A stretch of 64,000 nt of DNA from the human T2T-CHM13v2.0 reference genome, Homo sapiens, in the NCBI GenBank assembly GCA_009914755.4, contig CP086569.2, positions 61,760,001 to 61,824,000 of the forward strand, in the 5' to 3' direction. Numbering within the stretch: position 1 is the stretch's first letter; each line of letters opens with the position of its first letter. The position numbers were made by a program, and so were the translations under genes. The notes under the pieces are model-generated. The model searched no databases. It saw only the letters and a list, made by a program, of their open reading frames with translations, and had not been told where the DNA came from. Shown here one piece after another: positions 1-14,165 of the stretch.

Positions 1-27
1 CGGAATGGAATGCACTCGAATGCAATG

Positions 28-3000
28 GACTCGAAACTAATGGACTGGAATCGAATGGACTCGACTGGTACGGACTCCAATGGAATGGAATCGAATGGAA
101 TGGAATCGAACGGAATGAACTCGAAGTGAAAAGAGTGCAATGGAAAGGTCTCGAATGGAATGGAAATTAATGGAATGGAATGGAATCGAATGAAATGGAG
201 TCAAAAGGAATGGAATCGAATGGCAAGAAATCGAATGTAATGGAATCACAAGGAATGGATGTGAACGGAACGGAATGGAATGGAATCAAAAGGAATGGAA
301 TCGAATGGAATGGACTCGAATGGAAATGACACGAATAGAATGCAATTTAATAAAATAGAATCAAATGTAATGGAATGGAATGGAAAGGAATCGTAACGAA
401 AGGAATGGAGACAGATGGAATGGAATGGAACAGAGAGCAATGGTATAGAATGGAATGGAATCATATGGAATGGAATTGAATGGAATGGAATAATATGAAA
501 TGGAATGGAAAGGAATGGAATGCACTTGAATTAAATGGACTGGAATGGAATGGACTCGAACGGAGTGGAATGGAAAGGATTGAAATAGAATGGAATGGAC
601 TCCTTTGGAATGGTCTAGTATTCAATGCAAACGACTGGCAGGGAATCAAAAGGAATGTAATCGAATGGATTGGACTGGAATACAATGGACTCGAATACGT
701 TGGAAACGGAATGCAATGGAATGGAATGGAATAGTATGCAATGGAACGGAAAGGAATGAAGTAGAATGGACTAGAGTGGAATGGAATGGACTCGAAAGCA
801 ATGGACTGGAATGGAACGATCTTGAATGGACCGGAATCAAACGGAACGGAATGCAATGCAAGGCAATCAAATGGAATGGAATAAAAGAGAATGAAAGAGA
901 ATCAAATGCAATTGAATCGAATGGAATCGAATGGATTGGAAAGGAATAGAATGGAATGGAATGGAATTGACTCCAATGGAATGGACTAGAACGGAATGGA
1001 GTCGAATGGAAGGCAAAGGAATGGAATCTATTGGAATGGACTGTAATGGAATGGCATGGAAGGGATTGGAATGGACTCGAATGGAAAGGACTGCAATAGA
1101 AAGGATTCGAATGGAATGAAAAAGAATTGAATGGAATAGAACAGAATGGAATCAAATCGAATGAAATGGAATGGAATAGAAAGGAATGGAATGAAATGGA
1201 ATGGAAAGGATTCAAATGGAATGCAATCGAATGGAATGCAATAGAATGGAATGGAATCGAACGGAATGGAATAAAATGGAAGGAAACTGGCAAGAAATGG
1301 AATCGAAATGAATGGAGTGTTATGGAACGGACTCCAAAGGAATTGAATGTAATAGAATGGAGTGGAGTGGACTCGAATATAATGGACTGGAATGGAATGG
1401 AATCACATGGAATGGGAACGAATGGAATGGAATGGAAAGGAATGGAATCGAATGGAAAGGAATCAAATGGAAGGGAATGAAATTGAATCAACAGGAATGG
1501 AAGGGAATAGAATAGACTGTAATGGAATGGACTCGAATAGAATGGACACGAATGCTCAAATTGGATGGACTCGAATGGAATGGAAACGAAAGGAATGTCA
1601 TCGAATGGAATTGAATCGATTGGAATGAAATGGCATAGAATGGAGTGGAATGAAATGGAATTGAATCGAAAGGAAAGGAAGCGAATGGACTGAAATGAAA
1701 TGGAATGGAATTGAATGGAAAGTAATGCAATGGAATAGAATGGAACGAAATTTCACGGAATGGAATCAAACAGAATGGAATCAAATCAATGGAATATAAT
1801 CAAATGGAATGGAATGGAATGGAAAGGAATTGAATGGAATAGATTGGATAGGAAGGGATTGGAATGCAATGGAATGGAAAGGACTCGAATTTCATGAAAC
1901 GGAATGGAATGAATTGGAATGGAATGGACTCGAATGGAATGGAATGTCATGGAATGGCATCAAATGGAATGGAATCAAATGGAATGGCATCGAATGCAAT
2001 GGAATGTTATGGAATGGAATGGAATGTATTGGAATGGAATGTCCTCTAATGGAATGGATTCGAGTGGAATGGAATCGAATATAATGGAGTCGAATGAAAT
2101 GGAATTGAAAGGAATGGGATCGAATAGAATGGAATATACTGGAATGTAATGTAATGAAGTCGAATGTAATTGACTGGAATAGAATGTACATGAATGGAAT
2201 GTAATCGAATGGAAAGTAATCCAATGAAATAGAATCTAATGCAATAAAACCGACTCAAATGGAATAGAATGTAATGGAATGGAGTGCAGTGCAATGGAAT
2301 GGAATGGAATGGAATGGAATGGAGTGGAATGGAATGGAATGGGATGGAATGGTATGGAATGGATAGTAAAGGACTGGAGTGAAATGGACTGTAAAGGAAT
2401 GGACTCCAATTGAAAGGGCTCGAAAGGAATGGAGTCAAATGGAATGGTCTGGAATGGAATGAACTCGAATGTAATGCAATCCAATAGAATGGAATCGAAT
2501 GGAATGGAATATAAAGAAATGGAATCGACGAGAATGGAAACAGATGGAATGGAATTGAAAGGAATGGAATTGAATGGAATGGGCATGAATGGAATGAAAT
2601 TGTATGGAATAGAAGAGAATAGAATGGAATGCAATGGATAAGAAAGGAATGGATTGGAATGGAAGGGAATGTAGTGTAATGGACTGGCATGGAATAAACT
2701 GCAATGCTACGGACTCAAATGGAATAAAAATGTATGGAATGGAATGCCATGAAACGGAATCGAATGTCATAGAATGTAATGGAATGCAAAAAAATGGACT
2801 CCAAAATCATTGACTGGAAAGGCTGGGTGTCGAAAGGAATTGACTCCAATGGAATGGAATCGAATGGAACGGAAGTGAATAGAATCGAACTAAATCGAAT
2901 GGAATGGAATTGATAGGAACGGAATGGAAAGGAATGGAATGATTTGGCATGGAATGGAATCGAATGGACTCGAATGGAATGGAATGGAATGCAATGCAAT

Positions 3001-3562
3001 GGAATGTATTAGAATGTAGTGAACTTTAATGGAATGAACTCGAATGGATTCGACTGGAATGGAATGTTCTGGAAGTGAATGGACTCCAATGGAATGGATT
3101 CAAAAGGAATGGAATCGAAGGGAATGGAATCTAATGGAATGGAATGAAATGGAAAGGAATCAAATCGAATAGCACGGAATTGAACTGAATGGAATCGAAT
3201 GCAATGGAATCTAATGAAACGGAAAGGAAAGGAACGGAATGGCATGGAATGGGCTGGAATGGAATGGAATCGAAACGAATGGAAAGGAATCGAACTGAAG
3301 AGACTGGAATGGAATGCACTGGCATGGAAGGGAGTTTAATGGAAGGTTCTCGAAAAGACTGGAATCGAATGCAATGGAATTGAATGGAACGGATATAGAG
3401 TCAAATGGAATTGAATGGAATGGAATGGAGTAGAGTGAAATGGAATCGAGTCACAAGGAATGGACAGGAATAGAACGGTCTCGAATTGAATGGAATCGTA
3501 TGGAATGGAATTCAACGGAATGGAATGGACAGCCACGGAATGGAATGCACTCGAATGCAATG
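28..3562 (+). repeat. HOR unit 1 (3535 bp), subtype I
   Basis: Landmark gactcgaaactaatgg at 28 and next at 3563. Carries subtype-I diagnostic states (gtattcaatgcaaacg at ~620; ctggaatacaatggactcgaatacgttgg at ~675-702). Confidence 0.85.
2786..2837 (+). other. Least pentamer-like segment of the HOR (A7 run plus gctgggtgtcgaaagg); recurs once per unit and could serve as a unit-specific anchor
   Basis: gcaaaaaaatggactccaaaatcattgactggaaaggctgggtgtcgaaagg at 2786-2837. The same segment recurs at about +3535 intervals (6321, 9855, 13389 and so on); the divergent units carry the same block with SNVs. Confidence 0.6.
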
Positions 3563-6500
3563 CACTCGAAACTAATGGACTGGAATCGAATGGACTCGAC
3601 TGGTACGGACTCCAATGGAATGGAATCGAATGGAATGGAATCGAACGGAATGGACTCGAAGTGAAAAGAGTGCAATGGAAAGGTCTCGAATGGAATGGAA
3701 ATTAATGGAATGGAATGGAATCGAATGAAATGGAGTCAAAAGGAATGGAATCGAATGGCAAGAAATCGAATGTAATGGAATCACAAGGAATGGATGTGAA
3801 CGGAACGGAATGGAATGGAATCAAAAGGAATGGAATCGAATGGAATGGACTCGAATGGAAATGACTCGAATAGAATGGAATTCAACAAAATAGAATCAAA
3901 TGTAATGGAATGGAATGGAAAGGAATCAAAACGAAAGGAATGGAGACAGATGGAATGGAATGGAACAGAGAACAATTGTATATAATGGAATGGAATCATA
4001 TGGAATGGAATTGAATGGAATGAAATAATATAAAATGGAATGGAAAGGAATGGAATGCACTTGAATTAAATGGACTGGAATGGAATGGACTCGAACGGAG
4101 TGGAATGGAAAGGATTGAAATAGAATGGAATGGACTCCTTTGGAATGGTCTAGTATGCAATGCAAACGACTGGCAGGGAATCAAAAGGAATGTAATCGAA
4201 TGGATTGGCCTGGAATCAATGGACTCGAATACATTGGAAACGGAATGCAATGGAATGGAATGGAATAGTATGGAATGGAACGGAAAGGAATGAAGTAAAA
4301 TGGACTAGAGTGGAATGGAATGGACTCGAAAGCAATGGACTGGAATGGAACGATCTTGAATGGACCGGAATCAAACGGAAAGGAATGCAATGCAAGGCAA
4401 TCAAATGGAATGGAATAAAAGAGAATGAAAGAGAATCAAATGCAATTGAATCGAATGGAATCGAATGGATTGGAAAGGAATAGAATGGAATGGAATGGAA
4501 TTGACTCAAATGGAATGGACTAGAACGGAATGGAGTCGAATGGAAGGCAAAGGAATGGAATCTATTGGAATGGACTGTAATGGAATGGCATGGAAGGGAT
4601 TGGAATGGACTCGAATGGAAAGGACTGCAATAGAAAGGATTCGAATGGAATGAAAAAGAATTGAATGGAATAGAACAGAATGGAATCAAATCGAATGAAA
4701 TGGAATGGAATAGAAAGGAATGGAATGAAACGGAATGGAAAGGATTCAAATGGAATGCAATCGAATGGAATGCAATCGAATGGAATGGAATCGAACGGAA
4801 TGGAATAAAATGGAAGGAAACTGGCAAGAAATGGAATCGAAATGAATGGAGTGTTATGGAACGGACTCCAAAGGAATTGAATGTAATAGAATGGAGTGGA
4901 GTGGACGCGAACATAATGGACTGGAATGGAATGGAATCACATGGAATGGGAACGAATGGAATGGAATGGAAAGGAATGGAATCGAATGGATAGGAATCAA
5001 ATGGAAGGGAATGAAATTGAATCAACAGGAATGGAAGGGAATAGAATAGACTGTAATGGAATGGACTCGAATAGAATGGACACGAATGCTCAAATTGGAT
5101 GGACTCGAATGGAATGGAAACGAAAGGAATGTCATCGAATGGAATTGAATCGATTGGAATGAAATGGCATAGAATGGATTGGAATGAAATGGAATTGAAT
5201 CGAAAGGAAAGGAAGCGAATGGACTGAAATGAAATGGAATGGAATTAAATGGAAAGTAATGCAATGGAATAGAATGGAACGAAATTTCACGGAATGGAAT
5301 CAAACAGAATGGAATCAAATCAATTGAATATAATCAAATGGAATGGAATGGAATGGAAAGGAAATGAATGGAATAGATTGGATAGGAAGGGATTGGAATG
5401 CAATGGAATGGAAAGGACTCGAATTTCATGAAACGGAATGGAATGAATTGGAATGGAATGGACTCGAATGGAATGGAATGTCATGGAATGGCATCAAATG
5501 GAATGGAATCAAATGGAATGGCATCGAATGCAATGGAATGTTATGGAATGGAATGGAATGTATTGGAATGGAATGTCCTCTAATGGAATGGATTCGAGTG
5601 GAATGGAATCAAATATAATGGAGTCGAATGAAATGGAATTGAAAGGAATGGGATCGAATAGAATGGAATATACTGGAATGTAATGTAATGAAGTCGAATG
5701 TAATTGACTGGAATGGAATGTACATGAATGGAATGTAATCGAATAGAAAGTAATCCAATGAAATAGAATCTAATGCAATAAAACCGACTCAAATGGAATA
5801 GAATGTAATGGAATGGAGTGCAGTGCAATGGAATGGAATGGAATGGAATGCAATGGAGTGGAATGGAATGGAATGGGATGGAATGGTATGGAATGGATAG
5901 TAAAGGACTGGAGTGAAATGGACTGTAAAGGAATGGACTCCAATTGAAAGGGCTCGAAAGGAATGGAGTCAAATGGAATGGTCTGGAATGGAATGAACTC
6001 GAATGTAATGCAATCCAATAGAATGGAATCGAATGGAATGGAATATAAAGAAATGGAATCGACGAGAATGGAAACAGATGGAATGGAATTGAAAGGAATG
6101 GAATTGAATGGAATGGGCACGAATGGAATGAAATTGTATGGAATAGAAGAGAATAGAATGGAATGCAATGGATAAGAAAGGAATGGATTGGAATGGAAGG
6201 GAATGTAGTGTAATGGACTGGCATGGAATAAACTGGAATGCTACGGTCTCAAATGGAATAAAAATGTATGGAATGGAATGCCATGAAACGGAATCGAATG
6301 TCATAGAATGTAATGGAATGCAAAAAAATGGACTCCAAAATCATTGACTGGAAAGGCTGGGTGTCGAAAGGAATTGACTCCAATGGAATGGAATCGAATG
6401 GAATGGAAGTGAATAGAATCGAACTAAATCGAATGGAATGGAATTGATAGGAACGGAATGGAAAGGAATGGAATGATTTGGCATGGAATGGAATCGAATG

Positions 6501-7096
6501 GACTCGAATGGAATGGAATGGAATGCAATGGAATGGAATGTATTAGAATGTAGTGAACTTTAATGGAATGAACTCGAATGGATTCGACTGGAATGGAATG
6601 TTCTGGAAGTGAATGAACTCCAATGGAATGGATTCAAAAGGAATGGAATCGAAGGGAATGGAATCTAATGGAATGGAATGAAATGGAAAGGAATCAAATC
6701 GAATAGCACGGAATTGAACTGAATGGAATCGAATGCAATGGAATCTAATGAAACGGAAAGGAAAGGAATGGAATGGCATGGAATGGGCTGGAATGGAATG
6801 GAATCGAAACGAATGGAATGGAATCGAACTGAAGAGACTGGAATGGAATGCATTGGCATGGAAGGGAGTTTAATGGAAGGTTCTCGAAAAGACTGGAATC
6901 GAATGGAATGGAATTGAATGGAACGGATATAGAGTCAAATGGAATTGAATGGAATGGAATGGAGTAGAGTGAAATGGAATCGAGTCACAAGGAATGGACA
7001 GGAATAGAACGGTCTCGAATTGAATGGAATCGTATGGAATGGAATTCAACGGAATGGAATGGACAGCCACGGAATGGAATGCACTCGAATGCAATG
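3563..7096 (+). repeat. HOR unit 2 (3534 bp), subtype II
   Basis: Subtype-II states: agagaacaattgtatataatgg (~3966), gtatgcaatgcaaacg (~4155), ggattggcctggaatcaatggactcgaatacattgg (~4203-4236, a 1-bp deletion relative to type I). Confidence 0.85.
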
Positions 7097-10000
7097 GACT
7101 CGAAACTAATGGACTGGAATCGAATGGACTCGACTGGTACGGACTCCAATGGAATGGAATCGAATGGAATGGAATCGAACGGAATGAACTCGAAGTGAAA
7201 AGAGTGCAATGGAAAGGTCTCGAATGGAATGGAAATTAATGGAATGGAATGGAATCGAATGAAATGGAGTCAAAAGGAATGGAATCGAATGGCAAGAAAT
7301 CGAATGTAATGGAATCACAAGGAATGGATGTGAACGGAACGGAATGGAATGGAATCAAAAGGAATGGAATCGAATGGAAAGGACTCGAATGGAAATGACT
7401 CGAATAGAATGGAATTCAACAAAATAGAGTCAAATGTAATGGAATGGAATGGAAAGGAATCGAAACGAAAGGAATGGAGACAGATGGAATGGAATGGAAC
7501 AGAGAGCAATGGTATAGAATGGAATGGAATCATATGGAATGGAATTGAATGGAATGGAATAATATGAAATGGAATGGAAAGGAATGGAATGCACTTGAAT
7601 TAAATGGACTGGAATGGAATGGACTCGAACGGAGTGGAATGGAAAGGATTGAAATAGAATGGAATGGACTCCTTTGGAATGGTCTAGTATTCAATGCAAA
7701 CGACTGGCAGGGAATCAAAAGGAATGTAATCGAATGGATTGGACTGGAATACAATGGACTCGAATACGTTGGAAACGGAATGCAATGGAATGGAATGGAA
7801 TAGTATGCAATGGAACGGAAAGGAATGAAGTAGAATGGACTAGAGTGGAATGGAATGGACTCGAAAGCAATGGACTGGAATGGAACGATCTTGAATGGAC
7901 CGGAATCAAACGGAACGGAATGCAATGCAAGGCAATCAAATGGAATGGAATAAAAGAGAATGAAAGAGAATCAAATGCAATTGAATCGAATGGAATCGAA
8001 TGGATTGGAAAGGAATAGAATGGAATGGAATGGAATTGACTCCAATGGAATGGACTAGAACGGAATGGAGTCGAATGGAAGGCAAAGGAATGGAATCTAT
8101 TGGAATGGACTGTAATGGAATGGCATGGAAGGGATTGGAATGGACTCGAATGGAAAGGACTGCAATAGAAAGGATTCGAATGGAATGAAAAAGAATCGAA
8201 TGGAATAGAACAGAATGGAATCAAATCGAATGAAATGGAATGGAATAGAAAGGAATGGAATGAAATGGAATGGAAAGGATTCAAATGGAATGCAATCGAA
8301 TGGAATGCAATAGAATGGAATGGAATCGAACGGAATGGAATAAAATGGAAGGAAACTGGCAAGAAATGGAATCGAAATGAATGGAGTGTTATGGAACGGA
8401 CTCCAAAGGAATTGAATGTAATAGAATGGAGTGGAGTGGACTCGAATATAATGGACTGGAATGGAATGGAATCACATGGAATGGGAACGAATGGAATGGA
8501 ATGGAAAGGAATGGAATCGAATGGAAAGGAATCAAATGGAAGGGAATGAAATTGAATCAACAGGAATGGAAGGGAATAGAATAGACTGTAATGGAATGGA
8601 CTCGAATAGAATGGACACGAATGCTCAAATTGGATGGACTCGAATGGAATGGAAACGAAAGGAATGTCATCGAATGGAATTGAATCGATTGGAATGAAAT
8701 GGCATAGAATGGAGTGGAATGAAATGGAATTGAATCGAAAGGAAAGGAAGCGAATGGACTGAAATGAAATGGAATGGAATTGAATGGAAAGTAATGCAAT
8801 GGAATAGAATGGAACGAAATTTCACGGAATGGAATCAAACAGAATGGAATCAAATCAATGGAATATAATCAAATGGAATGGAATGGAATGGAAAAGAATT
8901 GAATGGAATAGATTGGATAGGAAGGGATTGGAATGCAATGGAATGGAAAGGACTCGAATTTCATGAAACGGAATGGAATGAATTGGAATGGAATGGACTC
9001 GAATGGAATGGAATGTCATGGAATGGCATCAAATGGAATGGAATCAAATGGAATGGCATCGAATGCAATGGAATGTTATGGAATGGAATGGAATGTATTG
9101 GAATGGAATGTCCTCTAATGGAATGGATTCGAGTGGAATGGAATCGAATATAATGGAGTCGAATGAAATGGAATTGAAAGGAATGGGATCGAATAGAATG
9201 GAATATACTGGAATGTAATGTAATGAAGTCGAATGTAATTGACTGGAATGGAATGTACATGAATGGAATGTAATCGAATGGAAAGTAATCCAATGAAATA
9301 GAATCTAATGCAATAAAACCGACTCAAATGGAATAGAATGTAATGGAATGGAGTGCAGTGCAATGGAATGGAATGGAATGGAATGGAATGGAGTGGAATG
9401 GAATGGAATGGGATGGAATGGTATGGAATGGATAGTAAAGGACTGGAGTGAAATGGACTGTAAAGGAATGGACTCCAATTGAAAGGGCTCGAAAGGAATG
9501 GAGTCAAATGGAATGGTCTGGAATGGAATGAACTCGAATGTAATGCAATCCAATAGAATGGAATCGAATGGAATGGAATATAAAGAAATGGAATCGACGA
9601 GAATGGAAACAGATGGAATGGAATTGAAAGGAATGGAATTGAATGGAATGGGCACGAATGGAATGAAATTGTATGGAATAGAAGAGAATAGAATGGAATG
9701 CAATGGATAAGAAAGGAATGGATTGGAATGGAAGGGAATGTAGTGTAATGGACTGGCATGGAATAAACTGGAATGCTACGGTCTCAAATGGAATAAAAAT
9801 GTATGGAATGGAATGCCATGAAACGGAATCGAATGTCATAGAATGTAATGGAATGCAAAAAAATGGACTCCAAAATCATTGACTGGAAAGGCTGGGTGTC
9901 GAAAGGAATTGACTCCAATGGAATGGAATCGAACGGATTGGAAGTGAATAGAATCGAACTAAATCGAATGGAATGGAATTGATAGGAACGGAATGGAAAG

Positions 10001-10631
10001 GAATGCAATGATTTGGCATGGAATGGAATCGAATGGACTCGAATGGAATGGAATGGAATGCAATGCAATGGAATGTATTAGAATGTAGTGAACTTTAATG
10101 GAATGAACTCGAATGGATTCGACTGGAATGGAATGTTCTGGAAGTGAATGGACTCCAATGGAATGGATTCAAAAGGAATGGAATCGAAGGGAATGGAATC
10201 TAATGGAATGGAATGAAATGGAAAGGAATCCAATCGAATAGCACGGAATTGAATTGAATGGAATCGAATGCAATGGAATCTAATGAAACGGAAAGGAAAG
10301 GAACGGAATGGCATGGAATGGGCTGGAATGGAATGGAATCGAAACGAATGGAATGGAATCGAACTGAAGAGACTGGAATGGAATGCACTGGCATGGAAGG
10401 GAGTTTAATGGAAGGTTCTCGAAAAGACTGGAATCGAATGCAATGGAATTGAATGGAACGGATATAGAGTCAAATGGAATTGAATGGAATGGAATGGAGT
10501 AGAGTGAAATGGAATCGAGTCACAAGGAATGGACAGGAATAGAACGGTCTCGAATTGAATGGAATCGTATGGAATGGAATTCAACGGAATGGAATGGACA
10601 GCCACGGAATGGAATGCACTCGAATGCAATG
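7097..10631 (+). repeat. HOR unit 3 (3535 bp), subtype I
   Basis: The landmark period and the translated ORF set match unit 1, with a few private SNVs (for example aagaatcgaatgg at ~8200; aatccaatcgaatagc at ~10229). Confidence 0.85.
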
Positions 10632-13600
10632 GACTCGAAACTAATGGACTGGAATCGAATGGACTCGACTGGTACGGACTCCAATGGAATGGAATCGAAT
10701 GGAATGGAATCGAACGGAATGGACTCGAAGTGAAAAGAGTGCAATGGAAAGGTCTCGAATGGAATGGAAATTAATGCAATGGAATGGAATCGAATGAAAT
10801 GGAGTCAAAAGGAATGGAATCGAATGGCAAGAAATCGAATGTAATGGAATCACAAGGAATGGATGTGAACGGAACGGAATGGAATGGAATCAAAAGGAAT
10901 GGAATCGAATGGAATGGACTCGAATGGAAATGACTCGAATAGAATGGAATTCAACAAAATAGAATCAAATGAAATGGAATGGAATGGAAAGGAATCGAAA
11001 CGAAAGGAATGGAGACAGATGGAATGGAATGGAACAGAGAGCAATGGTATAGAATGGAATGGAATCATATGGAATGGAATTGAATGGAATGGAATAATAT
11101 GAAATGGAATGGAAAGGAATGGAATGCACTTGAATTAAATGGACTGGAATGGAATGGACTCGAACGGAGTGGAATGGAAAGGATTGAAATAGAATGGAAT
11201 GGACTCCTTTGGAATGGTCTAGTATGCAATGCAAACGACTGGCAGGGAATCAAAAGGAATGTAATCGAATGGATTGGACTGGAATCAATGGACTCGAATA
11301 CATTGGAAACGGAATGCAATGGAATGGAATGGAATAGTATGGAATGGAACGGAAAGGAATGAAGTAGAATGGACTAGAGTGGAATGGAATGGACTCGAAA
11401 GCAATGGACTGGAATGGAACGATCTTGAATGGACCGGAATCAAACGGAAAGGAATGCAATGCAAGGCAATGAAATGGAATGGAATAAAAGAGAATGAAAG
11501 AGAATCAAATGCAATTGAATCGAATGGAATCGAATGGATTGGAAAGGAATAGAATGGAATGGAATGGAATTGACTCAAATGGAATGGACTAGAATGGAAT
11601 GGAGTCGAATGGAAGGCAAAGGAATGGAATCTATTGGAATGGACTGTAATGGAATGGCATGGAAGGGATTGGAATGGACTCGAATGGAAAGGACTGCAAT
11701 GGAAAGGATTCGAATGGAATGAAAAAGAATTGAATGGAATAGAACAGAATGGAATCAAATCGAATGAAATGGTATGGAATAGAAAGGAATGGAATGAAAC
11801 GGAATGGAAAGGATTCAAATGGAATGCAATCGAATGGAATGCAATCGAATGGAATGGAATCGAACGGAATGGAATAAAATGGAAGGAAACTGGCAAGAAA
11901 TGGAAGCGAAATGAATGGAGTGTTATGGAACGGACTCCAAAGGAATTGAATGTAATAGAATGGAGTGGAGTGGACTCGAATATAATGGACTGGATTGGAA
12001 TGGAATCACATGGAATGGGAACGAATGGAATGGAATGGAAAGGAATGGAATCGAATGGATAGGAATCAAATGGAAGGGAATGAAATTGAATCAACCGGAA
12101 TGGAAGGGAATAGAATAGACTGTAATGGAATGGACTCGAATAGAATGGACACGAATGCTCAAATTGGATGGACTCGAATGGAATGGAAACGAAAGGAATG
12201 TCATCGAATGGAATTGAATCGATTGGAATGAAATGGCATAGAATGGATTGGAATGAAATGGAATTGAATCGAAAGGAAAGGAAGCGAATGGACTGAAATG
12301 AAATGGAATGGAATTGAATGGAAAGTAATGCAATGGAATAGAATGGAACGAAATTTCACGGAATGGAATCAAACAGAATGGAATCAAATCAATGGAATAT
12401 AATCAAATGGAATGGAATGGAATGGAAAGGAATTGAATGGAATAGATTGGATAGGAAGGGATTGGAATGCAATGGAATGGAAAGGACTCGAATTTCATGA
12501 AACGGAATGGAATGAATTGGAATGGAATGGACTCGAATGGAATGGAATGTCATGGAATGGCATCAAATGGAATGGAATCAAATGGAATGGCATCGAATGC
12601 AATGGAATGTTATGGAATGGAATGGAATGTATTGGAATGGAATGTCCTCTAATGGAATGGATTCGAGTGGAATGGAATCGAATATAATGGAGTCGAATGA
12701 AATGGAATTGAAAGGAATGGGATGGAATAGAATGGAATATACTGGAATGTAATGTAATGAAGTCGAATGTAATTGACTGGAATGGAATGTACATGAATGG
12801 AATGTAATCGAATAGAAAGTAATCCAATGAAATAGAATCTAATGCAATAAAACCGACTCAAATGGAATAGAATGTAATGGAATGGAGTGCAGTGCAATGG
12901 AATGGAATGGAATGGAATGCAATGGAGTGGAATGGAATGGAATGGGATGGAATGGTATGGAATGGATAGTAAAGGACTGGAGTGAAATGGACTGTAAAGG
13001 AATGGACTCCAATTGAAAGGGCTCGAAAGGAATGGAGTCAAATGGAATGGTCTGGAATGGAATGAACTCGAATGTAATGCAATCCAATAGAATGGAATCG
13101 AATGGAATGGAATATAAAGAAATGGAATCGACGAGAATGGAAACAGATGGAATGGAATTGAAAGGAATGGAATTGAATGGAATGGGCACGAATGGAATGA
13201 AATTGTATGGAATAGAAGAGAATAGAATGGAATGCAATGGATAAGAAAGGAATGGATTGGAATGGAAGGGAATGTAGTGTAATGGACTGGCATGGAATAA
13301 ACTGGAATGCTACGGTCTCAAATGGAATAAAAATGTATGGAATGGAATGCCATGAAACGGAATCGAATGTCATAGAATGTAATGGAATGCAAAAAAATGG
13401 ACTCCAAAATCATTGACTGGAAAGGCTGGGTGTCGAAAGGAATTGACTCCAATGGAATGGAATCGAATGGAACGGAAGTGAATAGAATCGAACTAAATCG
13501 AATGGAATGGAATTGATAGGAACGGAATGGAAAGGAATGGAATGATTTGGCATGGAATGGAATCGAATGGACTCGAATGGAATGGAATGGAATGCAATGC

Positions 13601-14165
13601 AATGGAATGTATTAGAATGTAGTGAACTTTAATGGAATGAACTCGAATGGATTCGACTGGAATGGAATGTTCTGGAAGTGAATGAACTCCAATGGAATGG
13701 ATTCAAAAGGAATGGAATCGAAGGGAATGGAATCTAATGGAATGGAATGAAATGGAAAGGAATCAAATCGAATAGCACGGAATTGAACTGAATGGAATCG
13801 AATGCAATGGAATCTAATGAAACGGAAAGGAAAGGAATGGAATGGCATGGAATGGGCTGGAATGGAATGGAATCGAAACGAATGGAATGGAATCGAACTG
13901 AAGAGACTGGAATGGAATGCATTGGCATGGAAGGGAGTTTAATGGAAGGTTCTCGAAAAGACTGGAATCGAATGGAATGGAATTGAATGGAACGGATATA
14001 GAGTCAAATGGAATTGAATGGAATGGAATGGAGTAGAGTGAAATGGAATCGAGTCACAAGGAATGGACAGGAATAGAACGGTCTCGAATTGAATGGAATC
14101 GTATGGAATGGCATCAAACGGAATGGAATGGACAGCCACGGAATGGAATGCACTCGAATGCAATG
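10632..14165 (+). repeat. HOR unit 4 (3534 bp), subtype II variant (I/II recombinant)
   Basis: The upstream part is type-I-like (agagagcaatggtatagaatgg at ~11037). It also has type-II gtatgcaatgcaaacg (~11222) and the 1-bp-deleted ctggaatcaatgg (~11280). Confidence 0.8.

Noticed and set aside
696-710. CENP-B-box-like motif (tacgttggaaacgga versus the consensus TTCGttggAaaCGGG)
   Set aside because: It mismatches at two of the essential positions (TACG, not TTCG; CGGA, not CGGG). The surrounding sequence is pentamer satellite with no 171-bp alpha-satellite periodicity. It is an apparent chance resemblance.
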